A stretch of 64,000 nt of DNA from Eledone cirrhosa (Eukaryota): assembly GCA_964016885.1 (NCBI GenBank), contig OZ024742.1, forward strand, positions 49,848,001 through 49,912,000. Reading direction: 5' to 3'. The notes under the pieces were generated by a model. It made no database searches. It was not told the DNA's origin and saw only the letters and a list, made by a program, of their open reading frames with translations. Numbering within the stretch: the stretch's first letter is position 1; every line of letters starts with the position of its first letter. Positions 45,386 to 60,512 of this stretch are shown one piece after another. Made by a program: the position numbers and the translations under genes.

Positions 45386-46309
45386 CATACATATATACAT
45401 ATATATTTGTATATGTATGTATTTATACATGATTTAAAATTTTATGAAGCTCTATAAAATTTTTGTATTACCCTATTTATAAAAATAAGCTCGTATTCAT
45501 TGTTACTATACTCAAGTAAAATAATATTATTCTTATGTATATATGCATTCATATATTCCTACACACATATGGTATATGACATACATACAGACTCTAATAT
45601 TGGAGAATTACGGTTCTGGCAAAAACTGCCTATGAAATTTGAAGTATTTTTAAAGTTGTACAACTAATACAATGTATTAAAATATAATATAATCAAAATT
45701 TTACATCTACTTTTCATGCTTGCTTGGCTTAGATGAGTTCTCATATTTTGAGGGGAGACTGGTCAGGTGACCACATTTTGCTCTTACATTTAGTATTTGG
45801 TGAATTTTCTATGGTTGGATTACTTTCCTAATGCCAACCACTTTACAACATGTTCTAGGCATATGTTATCTTGATACCTTACAGAGTGGACAAAAACTTT
45901 TTTATCGAGGTACCAATATAACTACTTTACAGGGGATGTATGCATTTTGTCATGGTACAAACACAAATACTTTAGAGAGTAGACCGGGTGTATTTCATGA
46001 ATGTACCAGCATTACCACATTATGATCCTAGAGTACCTATTATGTCATCCGTCAGGCTAGAGGAACTGGGTATAAGGATGGGGGCTAATATGATGAGGGA
46101 AGCAGGATATATTTTGTTTGTTTAGAGAAGGGATCATCGCATAGGGGGAGAGAAATTAGGGTAATGGACATGGTATTGAAATGACTGAATGTCATCTAGC
46201 ATATTCACATTTCCTTGTTGGCATGGGTTGCACTGGAGAGGGATTGAATGAAAGATGTGAGTATAGGTGGAGCACATTTGTGGCTATATTATATAACAAA
46301 AGTTAAAAA

Positions 46310-47404
46310 ATCAAAATATTTTACCATAAACTGGAAGACCAATGTAGGTAAAAAAATTCCTAGCCATTTTAGATCCTCCCTTCTCTGTAGGCCATGAATA
46401 CCAAAAATATTCAATTGCCACACAGTGAAAATAGGCTACTCTTCTACCAGTAACATAAAATTCCACATCACCAGCAAACACAAAAGCCTTCCACCTTATG
46501 GATGGTCATACAAAAGACGAGAGGCATGCCCTTTGGATCAAGAGTGCAACACTCTAGTGGTAATATATCAAGTAGAAGTGAACACCACAAAACTGAAACC
46601 TGGACTTATGTCAGAATGTCTGTGAGCCAGTTCAAAAGCCAATACCTGAACCATGAAACAACCTTCAGACAGCCTGACAAAAAATATACTACACAGCTCA
46701 CGTACCATGTGTGACACCTAAAAAATAACAGCACACCATTCTCCATTAAATGGAGTATACTAGAAAAATCAACCCCCTTTGACAATGAGACAACATCCTG
46801 ACAAAAAACATACTACTCAGCTCACGTACCATGTGTGACACCTAAAATATAACAGCACAGTATACACAGTATAAATGCAGTATACTAGAAAAATCAACCC
46901 CCTTTGAGAATGGGACAACATTTTGCCAGCTGTATAATTGAGAAAAGTGGAATATTGTCTTGCAACTAGCTTCAGAGAAACACTGCTTAAATATCTGTCT
47001 CGGTTGCTTTAGTCGCTGTCGTCATGAAGCAAAATTCATTCTGAAAATTTGTATAGACCAGATTAACTGAAATTATTTTCTTTGGCATTTTAGCTCTAAC
47101 TTTGCACAACATAAGATGCTTCCCCTTTTGGTCTTTTGATAGTTACCTCCCTTTACATTATTTAAAGGATTTGTCAATTTATTGCTAAATTCAAGATTAC
47201 CTGCCCTTGAAAAACTCTCCTTTATTTTCTAAAAACTTCAAAAGGTCTTTTGTAGGGGTAACCATTTTTCTCTGTATAACAGACTGAATGAGTTGTGGCA
47301 TACAACCTAATGAAACTTAAGTACATGTATATATCACTGTTGTAACTAATTATACTACTTAACTCATCCAATGGACTGAGTGCTTGGATGTGTGTACCTA
47401 ACTT

Positions 47405-47408
<4 letters not shown>
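46310..47408 (+). mobile_element. Decayed PLE 3' fragment (GIY-YIG) with internal ~123-bp duplication and HHR remnant
   Basis: KTNVGKK, TVKIGYS, CPLDQEC..VIYQ..TYV..FKSQYLNH, IKWSILEK, CRHEAKF; 46674-46797 is duplicated. ctgaatga gttgt..acaac..GAAA cttaag TA at ~47284-47323; ends in (TA)n. Confidence 0.8.
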
Positions 47409-47458
<50 letters not shown>

Positions 47459-49362
47459 AGGAGGAAGAGAGAGGGTGACTATGTGTGTGTCTTATGAGGT
47501 TGATATTTTTGAAAATGGTTATCACTACCATCATTGTAATCAGCTGTTTATTACATCCATAGTTTTACTATAGTTTTCTCATTAGGTAGATATTTAGTTA
47601 AAAAACAATTTACCATAAGAAGATCTTTGAAAATCTATCAACCCTTATAAGACCTGTGTCTTCTATAGTGTAGTTTTCACATATTTACCATTATTGTTTT
47701 ATTGTTTGTAACTCAAAAGAAGCAGTTGCAGACAAAACTACGAGCTTTATAGTCTGGTCATTATTCTCTGCTTCTCTCCATCTCTTATTTCCTCTTTTAT
47801 TTTTTATTTCTATCTACATATACACCATCTGTTTTCTAGTGATATAAATGAGAAGAAAATGACATTTTCGCATTACTTTCTTTGTACTGTAATCTTTGAG
47901 TGTAAGTTAAGACACATACACCGCAATATTCAATTTACTCCTTTCTGAAGCAATCATGTACGTACATATCTTCCATGTATAATCTAATCATTTTTATTCT
48001 ACTCCACTATTCAGCATGTTTCAAATGGCCAAAATAACTTCAGCAAGATGCAAGTCATTATTAGTCCTGTCACATTATCAAAGATTTGGGCTTTTGTTTT
48101 ACTTGTCTTATATCTCTGGCAACAACATCTGTTAATTTCTCAGGGGTCACATGTTAACTATAGTTAATATAACAAGATTTATCTTTTACCGTCAGAATAT
48201 GAAGAAGACATTTCTACTGAAACAACCAGTAGTACATCAATGTTCTTGTTATTTTAGTGATGTTTTATCATAAGGATTTAGTTTATGCACATTTATGTAT
48301 AAGGCATGTCCACAACGGTAGACAATTCAAATCAAAATTGAGTAATTGCTGAAAATGCAATATGTATTATTACATAGAGTATTCATATATCTATTCATAG
48401 ATCTACAATAAATACAAGAATCCATATTACAAGTATGCATGTTTAGAATGGAATATATATTACATTTATAATAATTTACACAAAAGAAACAAGAGCATCG
48501 AACATCATAAAAAGAAACATTTACTGTCAGTTGTTAAGTGGAAACTATGTATGAAAGTAGAGGCAGCCTCTTTACTTTTGGCTATAAGAACATTAGAGAT
48601 AATAGAGAGTTTCCCAGAAGATATGACACCCAGGTTGGGAAATTGTAACATACTTTCTAGAATTTTGAGGTTATGAAAATAAACATGAAAGACAATTTTG
48701 AGAAAATAGGAATGCAGTAATAGTGATTTCTATTTTAAGCAGGCATTTCAGGATAGGGGAAATCGATTAAATCAACCTTAATTTTTGATTGCTGCTTTAT
48801 TTAATCAACACAGAAAGGAGGAGGAAATTCAAAGTGGAACTCAGAATAAAAAAAAATAGAGCATACATTGCCACACAATTGTCTGATGCTCTAATGATTC
48901 TACCCTCTAGGCTTGAAGTAATAACAGATTCTTATTTAGACACAAAGCTGGCAATATGTGGGAAAGGAAAAGTCAATTACGTTGACACCAGTACACTACT
49001 GGTATTTTCTTTTTTCAACCCATTAAATGATGAAAAGCAAAAAGACCTTGATGGAATGGAACTGAAAATGTGAAGTGCTGGAAAAATTACTGCTACTAAT
49101 GACTTTCCCAATACTCCACCCTGTAGCAGACTAGTAACAATGACTAACAGAGAAGAATATGAAATTCAAGGCTATTGTCATAATGACAGACAATGCAAAA
49201 TGATTTTTAGGCTGTGTTGCTATATTGAAAATAAGTCACTAAATGCTTCAAGCACATGTACCATCTAGGCATCTTGCTTCAAGGGTTATTGAACATAAAT
49301 AATTTTTATGCTTCAATTAAAACATAACATGTATTTACATTCTGAAAAAAAAAAGCATACAA

Positions 49363-49571
49363 GCAAATTAATAAAAAATTGAATAAAACCTATAATGTTA
49401 AAGTTGTATGTAAAGGAAAACAAAACAATACGTAGATTAAAAATTTACTGTTACGTTTTTCACTACTGCAAATTAATAAAAATTGAATAAAACCTATAAT
49501 GTTAAAGTTGTATGTAAAGGAAAACAAAACAATACGTAGATTAAAAATTTACTGTTACGTTTTTCACTACT
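49363..49571. repeat. ~105-bp tandem duplication
   Basis: gcaaattaataaaa...cactact occurs at 49363 and 49468, near-identical. Confidence 0.92.
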
Positions 49572-50493
49572 AGATGTTATTTTAAAAAAATTTCCTCCTT
49601 CAATTATGAATTTGAACAACTTTTAATTATTATCAAGCTTTACTAGTAAAACATAAAAATGTTGGCTATTCTGATACCGTTTTGCTTCCGGTGATGTAGA
49701 AATGTTTGAAAATGGAACAAACTTTTCAAGAAAGACAGTTGCACTTTTTATGTAAATCTCAACTTCAGCTTTGTTCTTTCAATTTAATAATAACCCATAT
49801 TACATGATAATAAACTTTATAAATATTTCAATACATAAAACTTACCTCTTTCCATTGACCTATATTTTTATGCTTCAGAGACTTGTAGGACTTGAAATTT
49901 TACCATGAAAATGATAAATTCTTTATAATTTAGTTTCCATATCAAAAGTAATATAATATCAGTCTCAAGAGGCTACATATAGTTTTACTAGTGTGTCGTT
50001 GGCTGTCTGTAGTTTCAAAGAAAAGCTGTTTCTAACTCTCTAGGTAGTGTGTTGTAACATGCTGGTAGTCAGATTCATATCAAATGTACCAAATAAAACT
50101 CTAGAAATGGAAGATGACTAACTGACAATGCAATAAATTTACTTTCACCCCTGAATACACCAAACAAAATTCAAAGTTTTAAGTATTGATTCTGCTTTTT
50201 TTTGTTTTCTAAAAAACAACAACAATAAATTGAATTTCCTCCATGTCACTGGTTTTGTTTGTTGGAGTTGTTGTTCAGAGTTCTTGCTAAGTAATATTTT
50301 CAGAGAATTTTTTATTTCATTTTTAATTTATTTCAGTTTTTTTTTCTGTTCTCACTTTTGCAAAGATAAGGAAATCAATAAAGGGTAGTTCTTTTTTTTT
50401 TTTTTTTCAGAAATAAAAATAAATTGAATTGTCTATTACTTGATGTCTCACAAATGTGGATGTCAACATGTATGTTTCTCTCTGCTCATACTA

Positions 50494-50582
<89 letters not shown>

Positions 50583-51491
50583 AGCGTGGAACACGGACGC
50601 TAAACCTGATGATGATATATATATATATATGTGTGTGTATGTGTCTGTGTATAATACATACATGTATAATATATTTGATTGTGTTTTGGGGGAGGGAGGG
50701 AGCTCTACATATATTTGTCTATGACATTTTGATTCGATACTTATCAATTTATTTTATTTTATCATTCAAATGCTTATATCCAATAAGTGCTTTTGATGAA
50801 CAGAAAAAAAATCTGACTTAAATCATAAATACACCCAGATATATTCTCTGAAGAACTTACTCTCAATATAAATATTCCCTAAATGTTTCTCAGTAATGAA
50901 ACCATCTAAATCTATTAAACAACATATCTGTCATATATATTTCTTTTGTGAAACTTTGAATAAGTTATGATTTCAGAGGTTAAGAAATCTACATATTATA
51001 ATGGCCATAGCTTCTATTATTTATTTGAGTTCTAGCAAAATAAAGGGATTTTCTGAGTTTACTAAAATAACAGATGATATGAAATAATGAAATAATTTTT
51101 TCATATTTACTGAATAATAATCATAAATGGGAAGCTAGACACTTATTGCCTTCTTAAAGATAATATATTATTTGGAGAATTTCAAAGGGAAAAAGACATA
51201 GATGTGATGTGCTTCTATTACTCAGCATTCAAAAACAGAATACTTTTTAATTATAGTGCTACTTCTGATTCTGAATATAAACTCTATTTCCACATGGTAC
51301 CTATTTCAGTTAAGTCAACTCTGAAAATGAGAGCTTATGTGTCTTGTTTGTGTGTACTGCCCAGTCTCAGTGACAGTAAATAAGTCAACAATACCTGGTT
51401 GGTAATCTGATCATTTATTAATGCAATTATTTTAAAACTTTGAATTACATCAGTTAGAGCTTGTTATTTACATACATGTTTGTTTAAGTGA

Positions 51492-51586
<95 letters not shown>

Positions 51587-53395
51587 AGAGAGAGAGTTTG
51601 TATAGGTATGTGTGTGTGTGCATATGTGTACCTATTTGATATGAAGATCAAATCTAACATTTACCAATTCCATCAGAAATGTAGTATATTATATAAAAAC
51701 TTACGAATATCATTTGTATTTCAGATTATTTTATTTTTCCTAGTTTTCATTTCCTCTTATTCAGAAATGAACGAAGTGAAATATTTAGAATTAATGTGGT
51801 TTTACTTGATAGTAATATGGTAGATTTTGTTTCCAGTTTAGATGCAAGTCTCTACAAATCCATGATTTAAAAACATTTTTTTATTGGTTTCAGTTTTTAT
51901 TCAGAGGCCATTGTTATTGTCTGTGAGAAAAAAATAACATCAGTAAAACTAATGACAGCCAAATAATGGCACACCTTTAACATTGTCTGTAAAAGCAACA
52001 ACAGCAGTAATAGGAGACATAATAGTGAACTCAATGACAGCAAAGATAATTACTGCTACACAAGGCATGACAAACCAATACTAAAACAGAATTGATTAAT
52101 TCACTAGAAATAAATACTGTTGCTATTACAACAAAAACCAATATGAAATGTAATAAAGCAATAGTTATTAGAAGTATATTATCTGTAAAAAATTACATTA
52201 CTGATAAAATAATGACATTTTTCAACCATCTTATTCAACTAGATATATATTATTTGTTTATAGAAACTAAATATATTATTTGTTTATAGAAACTAAATTC
52301 AAGCAGGTATTGCAAGTAAATATAAATTCCATTATGGAAGACATGATCTCACAGGAACCCCTGTCTGAGACTAGTAACTAATGCAAAAGTTGGAAATAAA
52401 TGAATCTGCTCTGATTAGAGGCATTCAGAAAACTTCACAACAAATATATACTTATATCAGACTTCCATCTGTTCTATCAGTTCTTCAGATATATCCTAAT
52501 TGAGTTGTCATAGCAACTACAATATCAAATTTCAGGAATATCAACAACTAGTATTGTTCATATAAATAAAATATATAAGTTCCGAAAAAGATAAAATAAA
52601 AAATAATTATCTCATACAGTTAACAACACTATTTTTTAAAATTTATTTCCATTTATAAGTATATAAAGACTGAAAATTTCTTTAGAAATAATCATAATTC
52701 TAAGGATATTAATACTAAAATTGGCCCCATCAATAGAAAATCTTAAAGGAAATTAAATTTAATCATATTCAAATCAGAGGCAAAGCAAATACATTCAAAA
52801 GGACTTTTCTACTTAACCTTGGTTTCAAATTTTGATCACTATTTTCTTTATGTTGAAAGATAATTCTGGAATCTTTTACATTTAGATCTTTTGTTGGGAA
52901 CAAGAGGATTTTGATAGTATACACACACACACACATATATATACACACATACACACATACATACATACATATTAATTGTGTTCATATATATATATGAACA
53001 CATTTAACTCTTCTTCAATGTAAGAGAGAGATGGCTCTGCATGATATTAATATGGAAAAAAAATTGCTTTACATTTTACTCTTGATAAATAATAACTCTT
53101 GGAAGGAGAAATCTGCTTAGGGATTCCATAAACATTTAATTTCAGGAACAATTCCTAAATAATGTGTAGATTAAAATCTCAATGGGAACAATATCTTTGG
53201 TAGATCTTTAGCTTTTAAATAGGGTTGACTAGTCAATTGTTACATTTTAATGAGCAGCATGCCTTCAAAACAATAACCCAGCAAAATCATCAATGTGAAA
53301 ATATCTTTTTAGAATGAAATGTTTATCATTGAATGAGGGAGTTCTCTTTTCTTTGTTTCACTTTTATTTCATGACATTATGTTATAGAGAAAACA

Positions 53396-53580
53396 TTGGC
53401 AGTATCGGTAGAGAGTCGGATGCCATGCTTTGACGCATAGACTTACGGCCTTTGCCATTCTGAGTTCAAATCCCGCTGAGGTTAACTTTACCTTTCATCC
53501 TTACGGGGTCGATAAAATAAAGTACCAGTAATGCACTGGGGTTATTGCTGGCCTTGTTCCACAAGTAGAAACAATTATTG
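53396..53580 (+). mobile_element. tRNA-derived SINE (same family as 35047)
   Basis: High similarity to 35055-35235 along its whole length. Confidence 0.9.
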
Positions 53581-55564
53581 TTAGCATTATTAATTATCCT
53601 ACTTGCTTTTTATGTTCACTACTGAGGAAACATATCCAGCAAATGAGCATTTAAAGCAGTATATGAAATAATTGTTTTTAACATCCACAGATGTGAATAA
53701 AATTTTATTTCTTCAATAAATTTCTTCACAATCAGACTTCCTTCCATTCCCTAGACAGAAAGAAATTGGCAGAGTTGGGGAAATTGAAAGTAAACAGATA
53801 ATCCTATTTTGAGGCCACTATTAATTAATCAGTGTTGTATTGATTTTAACCGATTTTAGTCTAATAATCATGTGTTATCTTCCTAATCAATTAGGCACAC
53901 TGACATTATTATTAAACTATCACATTTCTCTGAAAAAGAAATGAGATATCATCTTGGTTACTATATTTGTTTTGTGGGTAATATTATAATCATTATCAAC
54001 ATTTTACATTTGCATATGCCTGCATGGGCTGGATGAGTCTTTCCCTCCTTTTATTGTGGCCTTTCGTTATCCCCACAGAGAGCTTCAGAAATGTCATTGT
54101 CACATAAACACTGACCAGACTGATCTGTTGTATAGAGGTAGTTAACCAAACAGTTGAGTTTGATCTACTGTTGTTTTGTTTCTGATGTTCAATATCTTGG
54201 CTTAACTGAGTACCCATACTGTACACTCCAACATACATCTGTTAATCATACAGCGTACACTGATAGTATGGATATGCCACACTTTCTTCTCTGTCCTGTT
54301 TATTTTTGTATGCCAATAGATTCTGGTAACCTAGTCATAGTTCATATGTTTCTGTTCCACCACACTTTTAATTTTTACTATGAAGTATTGCTGTCTGTTG
54401 TCTCAGTTCACATTCAGATAAAGTAAATTTGTGTGGTGTTGATATAAAATGCTCAAGTCACTCACCACTCTATAGGAAATACGAGTAAAGTGCTGCTTTA
54501 TCATTGAATTTCTAAACAACAAGAAATAGGAGCAAAACAGCAATTGAAATAGAATATCAGTTAACCCTTTCAATTAATAAGAAAGAGTACATTTCTTTAA
54601 GCCTTTTGATACCAACCTGATCAAATTAAATCTGGTTCTATACTAACATTGATTCAATCTACTATAATCCTTCTTTAAGAATTTATGATCTGCTAGCAAT
54701 ATAAGAAATCTGTATTAGTTGTGGCCTTGAGCCTATGATATGAATCAGTATTCCTACATAATTAAAGCTGTAATTGTGAATAAAGTTTGAAATGCTAAAT
54801 AGGTGTTACTTAACCTCTTGAGACATTCAACTATTTTGTGTAAAATATATGCTGTTAATAAAGAAGCAATAAAATGCTGTCATCTATTAACTGGCATGAT
54901 TCTAAATTCTTCAGATGTTTTATAGGTTTATTAGCACCAAACTATAATTAAGTTTTAAGAGATTTCAATTGAGGTTGGCACTTAAAGAAAAATTTCTTCA
55001 ATATTTTCTTCAGCATCATTGTACTATAGAAGGTGTTCAAATTTTCTTTGTGAGAAGAAATCAATAATTATTCTCATATAGTTAATTTGGTTTTCTTAAT
55101 TCTTCCAAATGTTTCCCATTACAGTGTTTATATTTCACTTTTTATTTTAAATTATAGTAGAAGCAGACCTGGGGCTGGAAGGTTGTTAACCTCCCATAGA
55201 CATTTCTAATTTTGCTGAACTTTATGGATGTTTGTAGTGATTGAACACTTTGATTAGAACATAGTTATAAAGATCTGTTCTGTCTTTATGCAGAAAATAG
55301 TTTTCCCCAATGAAGAGGTTTCCCCAAAATGGCTGATTGTGACACCCAGGATTTGATGGAAGTACTGCGTAGTTCAATTGAAATGTTTGGCCGGCATTTA
55401 CATAAGAAATGAAAATGCATAAAATAATAGAATAAAATACAACTTGAGTTCTATATAGGTTTCTGATTTTTATAAAATTAGTTTTTATTTTCTATATACT
55501 TTATAATCTGGTTAATGATATATCTATTTATCTATTTTTGTATTTGTCTGAGAAGAATTTGGGA

Positions 55565-55775
55565 TCATAGATGATGAAGGGGTCAATGAGGGGTGAAGGT
55601 TGATGAAATGATCATTGAGGGGTCAAGATTGATGAAGGGAACAATGAGGGATCAAGGTTAATCGTATCATTGAGGAGTCACGGTTGATTAAGTGACCCAT
55701 GGAGTGTCAAGGTTTATGAAGGGACCAATGGGGTGGCAAATGTTGATAGAGTGGTGAAGGTTAATGAAAGAGTAG
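55565..55775. repeat. Degenerate ~28-bp purine-rich minisatellite
   Basis: Repeated variants of gatgaagggaccaatgaggggtcaaggtt. Confidence 0.65.
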
Positions 55776-58700
55776 GGGATCGAAAATGTTTGGGGTTCCC
55801 TGTCCTTGAATCAGCTTCGAACCCATTCAAGCATTTTTTTAAAAAGATACATTTACCATTATATTTTAAAACCTTCTGTAATTATATTCCTTTGAAAGTT
55901 TTCCAACATATACTGATATCTTGACCTACTCTTCAGATTTCTTCTTTACACAATTTTATCCAGGAAGTTTTGTGCTTTAGAAAAATATACTTTATTATTG
56001 TTTGATAATGTTATTGTTACAGTCATGATGAAACAAATGCCGAAACCACCTTCCTCTGGCATTGAATAGATAATCAACTATTTTCATTTTGAATAGAATT
56101 ATAGTTTTCCATGAAGCATTTACAGAATCTCTTATTTTAAGAACTTACATAATCAGTATAGATGATATCATAGGAATTTGCCTCCAAAATACCAGTAGAT
56201 ATTACATTAAGAGCTATCAAATATAATATTTTATCTACTTGGTTGTTTTTATTAGTGAATGACAATTAGATTAGACTTGATTCGATATTGAAATCATGCC
56301 ATAGAGAATTTGTCCTTTGATACTACAGAAGGCTGAAAATGACTATGTATTAAGTGTAGTTGATGCAATCAATTCTACCCATTTTTCTTTTCATTAGAAA
56401 TAGTCTTAAAATCCAGTCATAAGAAATTATTATTTACTACTGTGCAAAATCCCATAGGGTTAGATCGTAGTTGGCAGTGATCCAATTCAATTGTTTCAAT
56501 CTTCAATTTGAAATATTTTGATTTATTGTCACCACGGAAATTGCTGGGTAAAGATATAAAAAACGTAATTTAGTATTTTACTTCACTAAATTGCTTGGTA
56601 AAGGTTCAAAGGCTCACATATCATGAATTCGCCACAAACTGCCCTAAATTGCTTGGTAAATGCATACATGTCATGATTTTACACCCCCCGCGCACACCTT
56701 AAAAATTCATGTTTTATTATCTTATGCAAAAAAACTGTTTTATATTTTGTAGCAGCTACCAAGTAATTATATACACCTTCACCCCACAAAACATATTTCC
56801 ACATCTTTGCTAGTATTTGCTGTAATTATGTATTCTAGTTTCTAGATTACCTCCGAAACAGTATTATTTTCTAAATACCAAATATTATCTGTCTTCCTCC
56901 CTGAAGTATTTATTGCTGTCTGCCCGTGTCTATAAACAACAAAATCCCAACTTATTATCTCCCTCTATTTTTTAAATCTATTTTGGTGACAATTTTCCTT
57001 GTGTTGGAATAATATAGAACCAGATAAACTATATAATCTAAACAAGAAAGAAATTAGTTGCAGTTCAGGAAAGTATGTGCAAAAAGAAGAATGCCATAAG
57101 AGACCTGTAATTTTTAACTAAACGATGTTATCATTTCTTGAGGTTTAAACATACCTGCTTATTTCCAGGTACTACATTTGTATCAGCATTGATGTCAGAA
57201 TGCTGTATACTGGTAATGCTACAATATTTTGGGGTAGAAAACTAATCATAACAGCTACTTTTATACATTGTTTATACAGCTGCTTGGTAATTAACCTTCT
57301 GAGAGATTACAATCACCATGTCTATCTAGTTAGCTGACTCTCAGGTTACATGATTCTATGCCTTTCTATCTATCTTTTTAAATTCAGCTACCCATCACCT
57401 TCTTAACTTTCCCCTCTCTCTAATAATTTGAAGCTATATTAATCCTTCTACAAAGAACATGTCAGTATGATGAGATCTTAAACTCAGGTTTAACCCTGTT
57501 TATCAATCAGATATGAAACATAGCTAACACTGGATAGAACAATAGTCTCTTAAAAGAAACTTCCCCAGATAAGAAAATAGGAATGTGGAATTGTCCAACA
57601 CTTACTTTCCTTTCACTCTTACTCCCACTCATCCCAATTTACCTCTCACCCTATTCCCAGTCTCTCTCCTCATCCCTTCCCAAGTTTTACCAAGTCTTTG
57701 ATCCCAACGCCTGCCTAACTAAAGTTTTCTCTTCCTCTCTATTCTCCCAACCACAGTCTCCATTACTTCCTTTACATTTCTGCTTCCTTCTTTCTTTTAT
57801 TATCTTTGTTTCTAATTATTTCAATGATTATTACAGTTTATGCTTAATCTTCCTAAATATTACGTTATGGTTACATGTGTCTGTGGAACGATCAGCCACA
57901 TTCACATACATTTCACAAGCAGGCAGCTTCGGTGGGTTGCTGAGAATTACTTGTTTGTGAGAGACAGCTGTAGTTTTAATACATATGTATATACAGACGA
58001 CATGTAAAGGAGATGGGCCATGTCAGGTTTTGATGTGCCAAAGAAATTCCATATTTCACGATGGTGCGCCTATGACCTCACCAGCAGTTATGAGTCCCAA
58101 CATACATACACATAGAGATAATTGAGTGATTCTATTTTTGTTATCTTTGAAATAAATGAAAGAGTTTGGATATTTTCTAAATCTTAAAATTATTATTCCA
58201 CAAGAAAGAATACTGCCAAAATGTTAAACTATTGTCGAAAATACTTTCAAATTATGAAATGAAATGTGTAAAATATATAAACAGGTTTAAAATCTGTTAT
58301 GGTATTCATTTCAGTTTCAACTGCAGGATCACCACAAATTGTCTTTGACTAATATATATGTACATACATGTGCATACATGCATACATACATACATATGTA
58401 TGTGTGTGTGTTTATTTCCTCCATAACACACATGATTCTCTCAATACACAAATTCTCACATATGTACAAACTCAGTTGCCTATATACACACGCACACACA
58501 TATCTTCTTTTGGAAAACCAACACTGTTCAAATCATGCTAATGTTTCCCTGAGCAGAATATTAATCTAATGCAGCAGAGATTACAATGGAATTTAAAGTT
58601 ATTGTGTCTTCTTAAGGGTGATCATGTGTCACAAGAGAATTTTTCACAATATTTATCTCCTGTTGTTGATATTCAGGGTTTTTTATTTCCTCACACACAC

Positions 58701-59419
58701 ACACACAGAAATACACACACTTTCAAAAACATTCACACACATGCACAGGCAAGCACAAATAGATATACACATTCTGAGGCAAAACTATATTAGTTAAAAT
58801 CAGGCTCCCTTGCCTTTACTCAGTATGATAGGAATAGAGAGAGACACGTGGCATCATTAAGTCATTTTAAGAACTTAAGCACTTAATTAATTCTGATGCC
58901 TTCTATTTATCCATTCTGCAAAAGAATGTTTATTTGGAATAAGTATATCTAATTTTAAGATAATGATGCACCACTTTCCTTGATGCCCTAAGAATATACT
59001 TGTTCTGCTTAATCATTAATTCAATCTTGAGGACAAGCAAGGGAGGTGGAGTGTCATTTGCAAGCCCAGGGAGGTGGAGTGGCTCTTTAAGTGCATCTCT
59101 CTCATCACCGTGCAGGGTAGTTTATTGCTACTGCTATTACTTCAAAAAGTACCATCAATAGCTGTGTAGTTAAAATGTTACAACCACACGGTATATATAC
59201 AATACACAGGGAGCTCTCCTATGTACAAACATACATGAAACTAATAAAACATTAACTGAACCAGCACAAGCCGATTACAATGACTTTCAGTGTTAGATGA
59301 GATCTTAAGCCTTCATATATATGTATGTATGTGTGTGTGTGTGTGTGCACGCGCATGCATGCAGCTCTGTATGTGTTTGTCTTTGTTTGTGTACATATAT
59401 TTATATATATAAACACATG

Positions 59420-59459
<40 letters not shown>

Positions 59460-60512
59460 AAATTGCATTGTCCAGAGGGTGGCTGATGAGGAAGGTAGAA
59501 GCTTTTGTTCATTCGTCCCACGTATTTGGTTTTTTATTTTGTTTTGCAACTTTTCTATACTTCATCGTCATCATCATGTAACTAAGTACATATGTTATGA
59601 ATTCTTAGTTACTTTGATATATGTATTGATGTACTCTAATCTTTTGATTCTTCAACTTTATGTCTAGTAAATAATTAAATAACTAAATAAGAATATGATA
59701 AAATGGCAAACACTGTAATCTATGTAATAATGATTTCTTCAGCATGAAACCTTCAGTAGTTTGTAATAGCAGTAGTAGTAGTAATAATAATGGTAATAAT
59801 AATAATAATAATGATAACATGATATGGGGTAAAAAGAAAGAACTTTGAGTCAGTCATATACATGAAACCAATCACTTAGGATGCCTGTTAAGTAGTCTGT
59901 TTAGTGTTTCTTTAAAAGAGTCTAGAAACATTTGATGTTTTCATGCTCTAGTAGACCGTATGTCTTTTATGATCACAGGACACTTTTTATGCTTTGGCGT
60001 AATGTAAACAGGAAACTTGCAGCATATTTATTTTGAAGCCAAAACATCTTTTTCTGGTAGGAGCTTTTTCATTTGAAAATAGTTAACTCTGTGCTTTGAT
60101 CATAGCGTTCATTAATGCTATTTCATGCTTTCAGTATTTATTATTATTATCATTATTGTTATTATTATTGTTGTTATTATTATTGAGGTTAGATTGTCAG
60201 CAATTCGTATATATAGTAAAACAACAGACATGGGGCTTTGTGAAATGACCCTTTATTTTCTGATTTCTAATCATGTCAGGGCTACTTTACTTTTCTTATT
60301 TCTGTATTGAGAAAATAAAGCACCAGAAAAGAACTAGTGTTGATTTACTCAACTTTGCACTTCACACAAATTTACTGGCTATTCCAAATGTCTGTAGTTA
60401 TGTACAAAATCAGTGGTAGATGGCACTAACATGAAAACTTCTGATTTCTGATATTCCAGTGAATCCTTGATTGTTATTTCTGTCATCTAGTTGCATTAAC
60501 TTGATATTGTTT

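Noticed and set aside
53996-54426. Short ORFs with slightly higher complexity as host exons
   Set aside because: No recognisable domain, and stops occur nearby in the plausible frames.
59479-59521. gtgg CTGATGA..GAAG..GTC ccac beside a TA tract
   Set aside because: Stem I is present but GAAA is mutated and stems II and III do not pair. It may be a fossil but cannot be supported.
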